From positions 1,177-65,176 of the IMG/VR virus record IMGVR_UViG_3300031251_000018: a stretch of 64,000 bases of DNA. The stretch is one strand, 5' to 3'. The translations under genes were made by a program, and so were the position numbers. Of the stretch, positions 26,590 to 33,622 are shown in pieces. The notes beneath the pieces were generated by a model, which did not search any database, was not told the DNA's origin, and saw only the letters and a list, made by a program, of their open reading frames with translations. Source of the stretch: a virus (taxonomy: Duplodnaviria; Caudoviricetes). The stretch's first letter is position 1; each line of letters starts with the position of its first letter.

Positions 26590-26979
26590 ATGCCGACACC
26601 TGATTTTGACAGAGAGTATGAGCGCCTGCGCGCCGAACTCGCCGCCAGCGAAAGGCTGCGCATAAATGCCATCGAGACGGCGAAATTGTTGGATGAAGAA
26701 AAAGCATCGCTTACCGCCGAACTCGCCGCCGAGAGGGAGAGGGCCGAAAAAATCCAGCAGAAAGCCGACGACGAATTTGCCACCATGTCGAAGCAACTAA
26801 ACACGTTCCTCTGCGCGGGGGCCAAGATCAAAGCCGAGCGCGACGCCCTGCGCGCCGCTGCCGAAAGTGTTGTCGACGCCTATCGAGATAAAGGCCGAGC
26901 GACGGCGGCTTTAGTCGGTCAGTGCATAGAAGACCTCGACGCGGCACTGGCGCTGGGAGGTGGGGATGCTGACGTATGA
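26590..26979 (+). CDS. Modular coiled-coil protein 4
   Basis: GGAGG RBS; RAELAA, TAELAA, AERDALR, LDAALALGG. Confidence 0.75.
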   Translation: MPTPDFDREYERLRAELAASERLRINAIETAKLLDEEKASLTAELAAERERAEKIQQKADDEFATMSKQLNTFLCAGAKIKAERDALRAAAESVVDAYRDKGRATAALVGQCIEDLDAALALGGGDADV

Positions 26980-27352
26980 ACAAGCCCTGCGGGACTTGCA
27001 GAGTTATAGCGACAAGATATTCCGCCTTGAAGCCGAACTCGCCGACGAGCGGGATAAGTCTGCCGGATATGAATATGCGCTTAAACAGTTTGATGAGCGT
27101 GTGGCTGGACTGACCGACGAGCTCGCCGCCGTTATAAAGACGCGCGATAAAGCCTACGGTTTGTGGCTGCAAGGCAAAGCCGAACTCGCCGCCGAGCGGG
27201 AGCGCGTCACCAAGCTGCGCGAGGCGCTGGAGCCGTTTGAGAAGGCGGCGGAAACATGCAAACGGTCGCTCGGGACGACGCCAGACGATCAGGTTTACGG
27301 CGTCTATGTCGGCGACCTCCGCCGCGCCCAAGCCGCATTGAAAAAAACTTAG
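26966..27352 (+). CDS. Modular coiled-coil protein 5
   Basis: GGAGG RBS; three AELA/DELA units; LREALEPF...GDLRRAQAAL end. Confidence 0.75.
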   Translation: MLTYEQALRDLQSYSDKIFRLEAELADERDKSAGYEYALKQFDERVAGLTDELAAVIKTRDKAYGLWLQGKAELAAERERVTKLREALEPFEKAAETCKRSLGTTPDDQVYGVYVGDLRRAQAALKKT

Positions 27353-27358
27353 GGGGGA

Positions 27359-27553
27359 GTGATGGAATACCTAGCCTATTTCCTCGCCGCGGCGAAGGGC
27401 GCCTCCGAGATCACGGCGATCGTCCTCGGCTCATACCTTCTCGTTGGCTCGATCCTCTCGATCTACACGTGGAGCCGCGACCGCAGCGGCAACAGCAAAC
27501 GCGGCGAACACTATACCGAGAACCGCCGCATCGACGGCCCGGATGGAGCGTGA
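27359..27553 (+). CDS. Small membrane protein
   Basis: GGGAG RBS; hydrophobic segment. Confidence 0.5.
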   Translation: MMEYLAYFLAAAKGASEITAIVLGSYLLVGSILSIYTWSRDRSGNSKRGEHYTENRRIDGPDGA

Positions 27554-27556
27554 TCG

Positions 27557-27820
27557 TTTCTACGCCGCCCGCTACGCCACGCCCCGCGGAGCCCGGCGTA
27601 ATCGATGGATGTCTCATCGTGTCCCGTTTTCTGTAGGCCCGATCCATCATCGGCGCGACGCAGAAGCGAATGTCATTGGAATCTAAGCGAGTGCTCGATT
27701 TTTCAACGCCTTGTATCTCGAGATAACGCGCCTTGTCTTCCACCATTGTCGCCCTTTATCGCCTATTCCCTTGCCATTCCTACACCGGGGGCGTAGAAAC
27801 TCACCGTCATGGCGTAGAAA
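27557..27820. other. attP region with dusA-derived core (about 27642-27668) and arm-like repeats
   Basis: Minus strand encodes RFCVAPMMD (DusA N-terminal motif) and then diverges; GGCGTAGAAA twice near 27790-27820 and inverted TTTCTACGCC at 27557. Confidence 0.8.
27642..27746 (-). pseudogene. dusA: Replacement 5' fragment of tRNA-dihydrouridine synthase A
   Basis: MVEDK...DIRFCVAPMMD; DusA begins RF(S/C)VAPMMDWTD. Confidence 0.7.
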
Positions 27821-27837
27821 GTGGGCGGTCATATCGG

Positions 27838-28905
27838 ATGGCGGGAACGATTGTAGAGCGGAAACGGGCAGATGGCACGACCGGCTACCGGGCCGAGATC
27901 ATCATCTACGCCGGTGGCCGGATCGCGCACCGCGAGTCGAAGACCTTCGACCGGCGACCCGCCGCCCGGGTGTGGTTGGAGAAGCGCGAGGCCGAACTGG
28001 AGCGCCCCGGCGCCGTAGAAAAAGCCAAGCTGAAGTCTGAAGGCGCGACGCTCGCCGACGCAATCGACCGCTACGTCGCGACCAGCCGGAAGGAGATCGG
28101 CCGGACAAAGGCCCAAGTCCTGCGGTCGCTGGCCGGGATGCCGATCGCCGCGCGCCCCTGCGCCGATATCAGGAGCCCCGATCTCGTGGCCCTCGCCGAG
28201 GGGCTCGGGAAGGACAGGACGCCGCAGACCGTGGCGAACTACCTCTCGCACCTTCAGGCCGTCTTCACGATCGCCCGCGCCGCGTGGGGCTTTGAGCTTG
28301 ACCCGGCGGCCATGGCCGACGCCTTCAAGGTCACTCGGCGGCTTGGCCTGACCGGCAAGTCGATCGGACGCGACCGCCGACCGACGCGCGCCGAGATCGA
28401 CACCCTGATGGCTTTCTTCCACGACCGCGGTTGCCGCCGGCCGCGCTCGGCGCCCATGCACCGGATCATCCCCTTCGCCCTCTACTCGACGCGCCGGCAG
28501 GAAGAGATCACGCGCATCCTGTGGTCCGATCTCGAGATCGAGCACCGCCGCGTCATGGTCCGCGACATGAAGAACCCCGGCGATAAGCTTGGCAATAACG
28601 TATGGGTCGATCTGCCGGATGAGGCTCTCGCGGTCCTCGATCTGATCGAGAGGACCGACGACCGGATTTTTCCCTTCGGAACCGACGCCATCTCGGCGTC
28701 GTTCACGCGAGCCTGTCACCGGCTCGGGATCGAGGATTTGCACTTTCACGACCTTCGGCACGAAGGGATCAGCCGGCTATTCGAAATGGGCTGGAACATC
28801 CCGCACGTCGCCGCGGTGAGCGGGCACCGCAGTTGGACTTCGCTCAAACGCTATACGCACATCCGCGAGAGCGGCGATAGATGGACAGGAGATTGGTGGA
28901 GATGA
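27838..28905 (+). CDS. int: Tyrosine integrase, dusA-associated type
   Basis: GTIVERKRADG N-terminus; STRRQEEI (R), DMKNP (K), FHDLRHE, SGHRSW, KRYTH. Confidence 0.95.
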   Translation: MAGTIVERKRADGTTGYRAEIIIYAGGRIAHRESKTFDRRPAARVWLEKREAELERPGAVEKAKLKSEGATLADAIDRYVATSRKEIGRTKAQVLRSLAGMPIAARPCADIRSPDLVALAEGLGKDRTPQTVANYLSHLQAVFTIARAAWGFELDPAAMADAFKVTRRLGLTGKSIGRDRRPTRAEIDTLMAFFHDRGCRRPRSAPMHRIIPFALYSTRRQEEITRILWSDLEIEHRRVMVRDMKNPGDKLGNNVWVDLPDEALAVLDLIERTDDRIFPFGTDAISASFTRACHRLGIEDLHFHDLRHEGISRLFEMGWNIPHVAAVSGHRSWTSLKRYTHIRESGDRWTGDWWR

Positions 28906-29171
28906 GCGAACCAGCAAATACCACAGAGAGCATTTACATCGCTCGGGAGAAAGAGCGCCGGTGGCTGCTTTGGGCTATGAAGACGCGCCCATTGACCCAG
29001 GACGAGTGGGCGCGCGTGCAGTCGGAAGATTATATGCTTTGCATTGAATTCAACCCTCACGGGATGTCTCGATCGTATAACGAGCAGGATAAGAAACGCG
29101 AATTCAACGATCTCATCTATCAGCAATTACGCATTACAAAGCTTATGGAGAAGGACAAAACAGATGATTAA
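28902..29171 (+). CDS. Hypothetical protein
   Basis: ATGA-coupled to integrase. Confidence 0.6.
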   Translation: MSEPANTTESIYIAREKERRWLLWAMKTRPLTQDEWARVQSEDYMLCIEFNPHGMSRSYNEQDKKREFNDLIYQQLRITKLMEKDKTDD

Positions 29172-29556
29172 GAACATCGCTTTGATCGCCGCAGCAGCGA
29201 CGCTCGCCGGTTGCGCCAGCACGCCGCAGCCGATCCCGCTCACCAAGCCGATAGAGGATCAGGCGAAGATGCTGACGCTGAAGCAAGCGTATAGCCCGGC
29301 CGATGTTCAGTTCGGACCTATGAAGACCTTCCGGCAGGACGATTCAACAACCGTGTGTGCGCTTATAAACGGTGCGAACCCCTTTGGCGGTCGCACGGGG
29401 TGGGAGCCGGTTTTTATGCGCTTCCCTGATGACGGAAGCGGCCCGTCGTTTCTTGACGGACGAGATGGCGCAATACGTTGTCCGAAGAACACCCTCGGGC
29501 TCGAAAACCCTGTGGACCCCGTATTGCTGAGGAAGAACGGGATTACAGCGCGCTAA
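29164..29556 (+). CDS. Lipoprotein
   Basis: Signal and lipobox MIKNIALIAAAATLAGC; VCALINGANPFGGRTG. Confidence 0.8.
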   Translation: MIKNIALIAAAATLAGCASTPQPIPLTKPIEDQAKMLTLKQAYSPADVQFGPMKTFRQDDSTTVCALINGANPFGGRTGWEPVFMRFPDDGSGPSFLDGRDGAIRCPKNTLGLENPVDPVLLRKNGITAR

Positions 29557-29571
29557 TCGAACGGAGGGCAA

Positions 29572-29781
29572 ATGAGAATGAACCGACGCAATTTCCTGAT
29601 GGGCCTCATCGCCGCCCCGGCCATTATCCGCACGCCGGGCCTTCTAATGCCGATCAAGCGCATCATCGAGCCGGCGCGCCCGATGCTGGTCAGCCTCTTC
29701 CCTGACGAGTTCCACGTGACCGCCGGCACATTTTCCATTGTCATGCCGGGTCAGCCCTACGAGATCATCAGGATCAGTTAA
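29572..29781 (+). CDS. Small protein with twin-arginine-like N-terminus
   Basis: NRRNFL..LIAAPAII...LMPIK; GGAGG RBS. Confidence 0.65.
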   Translation: MRMNRRNFLMGLIAAPAIIRTPGLLMPIKRIIEPARPMLVSLFPDEFHVTAGTFSIVMPGQPYEIIRIS

Positions 29782-29788
29782 AACGCAG

Positions 29789-29817
29789 AAAAACCCCCGC
29801 AGCCGAAGCTGCGGGGG
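29789..29817. terminator. Intrinsic terminator between convergent operons
   Basis: A-run then CCCCCGCAGC-CGAA-GCTGCGGGGG; U-tail on the minus strand. Confidence 0.75.
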
Positions 29818-29903
29818 CCAGACAGAAGAGGGGCCGACCGGCGTCCGATCGGTCTCGGGGGTCAACGAGACATTTGACCGGGCGCCGCTCTCTCCTGCCT
29901 ATC

Positions 29904-30182
29904 TCAATCGAGCATCTTCTTCAGCAAGCCGTGGCCGGACTCGCTCGTAGCCCAAGCGAAGATACTGCCGACGACTGTCAGGAAGACCACGACACGGGCT
30001 CCGAGGCGCGCGAGCGCGCGGTTCTCGCCGTCTTGTTCTGCGCGCTGCACCTTGATCTCTTGCAGCGTCGCCTCAATATCCTCAACCTTCTCCGCGACAT
30101 ATCGTGCGTGCTGTCGCTGCAAGGATTCCAACATATCAAGCCGCGCCATTATAGCTCCGCACTCGGCGCTTCCGTCCGGCAT
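29904..30182 (-). CDS. Coiled-coil plus single TM protein (lysis-region, holin-like)
   Basis: GGAGG RBS; VVVFLTVVGSIFAWA helix. Confidence 0.6.
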   Translation of the reverse strand: MPDGSAECGAIMARLDMLESLQRQHARYVAEKVEDIEATLQEIKVQRAEQDGENRALARLGARVVVFLTVVGSIFAWATSESGHGLLKKMLD

Positions 30183-30241
30183 TTTTTCCTCCGATCTTTC
30201 TGGTGAGATCAAGCGATTCGCCACTTCACTCTCCGTTGCGA

Positions 30242-30718
30242 TCAGGCAGCGCCGGCGTTGACGGTGGCGACCGGGGAGACTGCGCGGCCCGTCAACGACA
30301 TGATAAGCGTCACCGCTTTGATGACGCCGACGAGGATTTCGATCGGGTTCGGCGGGAGCGCGCCGGTGTTGGCGATCGAGACCAGGATCGGGTCGGAAGC
30401 CATCCCATTCGCCGCCGCCATCGCTTTCTGCACGTTGACGCTGTTAGCGTCGATCACACGGTTCGCGATAAGCTGGTTGCCGAGCGTCGAGAGCGAAACG
30501 ACGATCTGGCAAACGGGCTGGATATACGGCTCTAAAAAGGCCGCCGCCGCGTTAATATCGGCTTGCGCCATAACGACGGCTTGCTCAATCTTTTGCGCAA
30601 CGACACGCATATCCACGTAAAGAGCATTGGCGAAGCTCCTGAACCGGCCTTGCTGCGCCTGGGAGCAGGCGCCGAGCGGCAGAATCGCCGCGGAGAGTAG
30701 GAAGTGACGGCGATTCAT
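30242..30718 (-). CDS. Putative lipoprotein with twin-arginine-like signal
   Basis: MNRRHFLLSAAILPLGAC. Confidence 0.7.
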   Translation of the reverse strand: MNRRHFLLSAAILPLGACSQAQQGRFRSFANALYVDMRVVAQKIEQAVVMAQADINAAAAFLEPYIQPVCQIVVSLSTLGNQLIANRVIDANSVNVQKAMAAANGMASDPILVSIANTGALPPNPIEILVGVIKAVTLIMSLTGRAVSPVATVNAGAA

Positions 30719-30727
30719 GTTGATCCC

Positions 30728-30988
30728 CTATTTGCAAAGTGAGCGGATTTGTTGACGCTTGTAAATCCAATCGGACACGAGACGCGGCCACGCGGCGTTT
30801 GGACCGGCCGCGCGCATCTCCCCGGCGACTTGCCGCTGGAGGGATTGAGCATATTCGGGAAGCTCGGCGACCCGTTCAGGGCACTTCGGCGCGGGAACAA
30901 CCGCCGCCGCCGCTTCCGGCTTCTCGGAGCCCGTGCCGAAGCAGCCGCCGAGGGAGATGGCGAGAAGAACAACAGTGATCCGCTTCAT
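30728..30988 (-). CDS. Lipoprotein, o-spanin-like
   Basis: Lipobox LGGC; CP..AELPEY...Q..R..C pattern. Confidence 0.65.
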   Translation of the reverse strand: MKRITVVLLAISLGGCFGTGSEKPEAAAAVVPAPKCPERVAELPEYAQSLQRQVAGEMRAAGPNAAWPRLVSDWIYKRQQIRSLCK

Positions 30989-31272
30989 CACGCCTCTCCC
31001 TTTTCGAGCGCATCGATCGCCTTCGCCATCGACCAATCGAGCGGCATCGGCGAAGTCGGCTGGATCGCGCCGAAGACGGCGCGGACATGGCTGATCGCCC
31101 GCCGGCCTTCGTCGGTCTGGAAATAATCGTAAGCCGCCTCGACGACCGGAGCGGCGTCTACGGCAAGCCGCAGAGCGCCGTGGGCTTCGGCCAGCCCAGG
31201 GATAAGGCCCGTAGCGTCAAAGGCGATTTGGAGCGCCCCGTTAAGGAGCTTCTCCTTGGTTGCTGCGTCCAT
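30988..31272 (-). CDS. Hypothetical lysis-region protein
   Basis: 94-aa ORF with AAGGAG RBS. Confidence 0.6.
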   Translation of the reverse strand: MDAATKEKLLNGALQIAFDATGLIPGLAEAHGALRLAVDAAPVVEAAYDYFQTDEGRRAISHVRAVFGAIQPTSPMPLDWSMAKAIDALEKGEA

Positions 31273-31287
31273 GACCCCGGCTCCTTG

Positions 31288-31476
31288 TTAGGCGTGGGCG
31301 TCCTTCGCCAGGGCGCCGACGCCGATGATTCCGATGATTGCCTGCCACGACTTATCGAAGGGCGGCAGCGGCAGGATGTCGTTCGGCCAAAGGCCATAGG
31401 CCATAAGCGCGTAAGGCCCTAGCGTGAGAACGATCGAAATAAGCGTCGTGCGCCAATTCTGAATAGCAGGCGGCAT
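31288..31476 (-). CDS. Small two-TM protein, putative holin
   Basis: NWRTTLI...IIGIIGVGALAKD. Confidence 0.6.
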   Translation of the reverse strand: MPPAIQNWRTTLISIVLTLGPYALMAYGLWPNDILPLPPFDKSWQAIIGIIGVGALAKDAHA

Positions 31477-31516
31477 AGCAAACCCCTTTCTTATGCGCGG
31501 AGACCGCCGCGCACGG

Positions 31517-31699
31517 TCAGCGGATCGCGCCGTCGCGCGCCGCATCCATGACCGGCTTCAACGAAGAACAGCCGTGAAGTGAGAGAGCGAGAAGACCGCC
31601 GAAAAGAAGGACCAGAAAAATCTCGCGGCGATGCCAAAGGATGTAAAGGCTGAAGACCAGAAGGCCGACGAGCTTTTCCCACCACGGACGGTCGTGCAT
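31517..31699 (-). CDS. Small membrane protein
   Basis: Two hydrophobic segments, near the endolysin. Confidence 0.5.
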   Translation of the reverse strand: MHDRPWWEKLVGLLVFSLYILWHRREIFLVLLFGGLLALSLHGCSSLKPVMDAARDGAIR

Positions 31700-31796
31700 G
31701 TTGGCTACCTACCGAAAGATGATCGCAAGGATGAAGGACACGACCGCCACGAACGCCATGAAGTAGACGAATGCGTCGTAGAGGATGCGGAGCATG

Positions 31797-32342
31797 TCAG
31801 GAGACGAGCGAAGCCGCTCGGGCGTGAGTAAGAGCGTCGCGGAAGTGGCTCGCGTAGCCGGCAACGAGCGCCGCGCGATCGTGTCCGTTGATGATCGTGC
31901 GGGCGTTGAAGTAGTCGAAGTCGCCGGCGCGAAGGAAGTCCGAGAGCTTACGCCCCGTGAACATGCCGTGCGTCATACCGCGAAAGCAGATGTCGAGCGC
32001 GACGGGCCAGGACTGCGCGTCGATCGGGTTCTTCACGCCGAACTTCGCGAAGTTCGTCTGCCACGTCAGTTGCACGAGCCCTCGGCCGATCCATGGCCAG
32101 TAAGGTTTCGACCGGAGATATGCGTCCGATCCCGCTTCTGCGATCGGCTGCATCTTCTGCGCCGTCTCGTGAAAGACCGTCGCGAGGATGTAGGCGAGCG
32201 ACGCATCGGAGAGCACGGAATAGTTCTCATCCCGATAATTCAGGATGCGCGTCATACCGTCGACTTGCCACGGATGCAGGATGCCCCCCGCGAACATCGG
32301 CCGCACTTCGTCAAAGAAGACTTTCTGATTAAGACTGCCCAT
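31797..32342 (-). CDS. Endolysin, glycoside hydrolase family 19-like
   Basis: LAYILATVFHET, GRGLVQLTW..N, FTGRKL, NARTIING.DRA. Confidence 0.9.
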   Translation of the reverse strand: MGSLNQKVFFDEVRPMFAGGILHPWQVDGMTRILNYRDENYSVLSDASLAYILATVFHETAQKMQPIAEAGSDAYLRSKPYWPWIGRGLVQLTWQTNFAKFGVKNPIDAQSWPVALDICFRGMTHGMFTGRKLSDFLRAGDFDYFNARTIINGHDRAALVAGYASHFRDALTHARAASLVS

Positions 32343-32541
32343 TGTTCGACCCCTTCATTTGAAGCACGCTGAGATTGAGCCCGTAGAGCCGCATCGCGAT
32401 CGCCAGAACGCGCTCGTTAATCTTGCCGGCGTGGGGCGTGACTATCTCTCGCCAGACTCGATCCAGTTCCTCCGAGTCGCGCGCCGCGTGGAGCGAGCGG
32501 GCAACTTCGAAGAGAAACAGTTCGGAGTCGAAGTTTTCCAT
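32329..32541 (-). CDS. Hypothetical protein
   Basis: 70-aa ORF overlapping endolysin start. Confidence 0.5.
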   Translation of the reverse strand: MENFDSELFLFEVARSLHAARDSEELDRVWREIVTPHAGKINERVLAIAMRLYGLNLSVLQMKGSNNGQS

Positions 32542-32937
32542 GGCGCATCTCTATCTTGATCTACGCCCATAGGTTCGGTTTTCTGTGCAGGCTCCGATGT
32601 ATTGTCGGATGGCGTCGAAGACGTGTTCGCGTCTAAGTTCCACTCCGAAATATCGAAGCTCTTTGACGATCTCATCGGGACCATCTCCCGCCCTCCAGCT
32701 TCGTAGGATGAACGTCCAGGTCAACAGCGGAGAGAGCGTCAGATTAGCCATCGCAGCACTCCCGATTGCTCTAATGCGTAGAGAACCAACACCGCGAGTT
32801 TCTGACCCGTGATCGCGGACCACGCCGCAAAGACGCCGATCCGCATGTAAAGGAAAGCGTCGGGGTGCATCATTGGCTCGACCCCAAAAATAAACGGCGG
32901 CCAAAAGGCCGCCGTCATCTTCGCGCGCGCTTTTTCG

Positions 32938-33276
32938 TTACGCCGCGGGGGCGGCGGGATCAGCCGCCGGCGCCGGGTCGGCGGGGATGTGCGCCGCCAC
33001 GTCCGCGGCGTGAGCATCCACCTGATCGGCGATAGCCTGAACGTCCGCCGGGCTGATGACTTCCTGCGCCTGGAGCACGGCAAGCTGCGCGGAGACGCCG
33101 TCAAGCTGCGCCTTCAAAGTCTGAAGATACGTGTAGAGGCGAGCCGTCGCGTCGATGTTGTGGGCGACAGCGGTTCGCAGATGTGCAAGTTCGTCGGCCA
33201 TAGCTTTTACACCCTGTTCTAGTTTGGTGACTCGCTCGGAGAGCGAAGGAAAGAGGCGACTAAGAAGATCGCTCAT
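32938..33276 (-). CDS. Coiled-coil hypothetical protein
   Basis: GAGG RBS; heptad pattern; PADPAPAA tail. Confidence 0.65.
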   Translation of the reverse strand: MSDLLSRLFPSLSERVTKLEQGVKAMADELAHLRTAVAHNIDATARLYTYLQTLKAQLDGVSAQLAVLQAQEVISPADVQAIADQVDAHAADVAAHIPADPAPAADPAAPAA

Positions 33277-33316
33277 TGTGCGCCTCGCGAAGTGCCGAGA
33301 GACCGCCCGGCGCGGG

Positions 33317-33622
33317 TTACGTGCCTGGATTGGCACGATTCTTCGTTAGGATGAACTGGCCTTCGTCAACAACGTGCGGCGACGATCCGGTTTTTACAGT
33401 CCAATCGACTTGATCCGCGTCAGCCGGGCTCGAATCCCATATCGCCGACGCGGCGCCAACGACTATCGTCATTGCGACGGTCTGCTTTGTCAGCACGCCG
33501 TTGACACTGTAGGCCAGATAGAGGTTCGCCGACGCGGGAGTTGCAGCCGCGCCCGTCGCATCCTTGAACGTCGTCACCCATCCGATATCGTTGCCGCGGT
33601 AAAATGTGACGTTCGTTGCCAT
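33317..33622 (-). CDS. Small beta-rich virion-associated protein
   Basis: 101 aa; abuts the giant fibre gene. Confidence 0.65.
   Translation of the reverse strand: MATNVTFYRGNDIGWVTTFKDATGAAATPASANLYLAYSVNGVLTKQTVAMTIVVGAASAIWDSSPADADQVDWTVKTGSSPHVVDEGQFILTKNRANPGT

Noticed and set aside
24960-27352. CRISPR array interpretation of the repeat-spacer pattern
   Set aside because: Repeats are only 12-21 bp, degenerate and in-frame within ORFs; spacers are mostly 50-130 bp; no cas operon (DUF2800 is a phage exonuclease)
27411-27746. Full 111-aa gene
   Set aside because: Only the first about 35 codons resemble DusA; the rest reads through attP
24960-28905. Shufflon driven by the adjacent tyrosine recombinase
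   Set aside because: All repeats are direct with no inverted cassettes, and the recombinase is explained by the dusA attP
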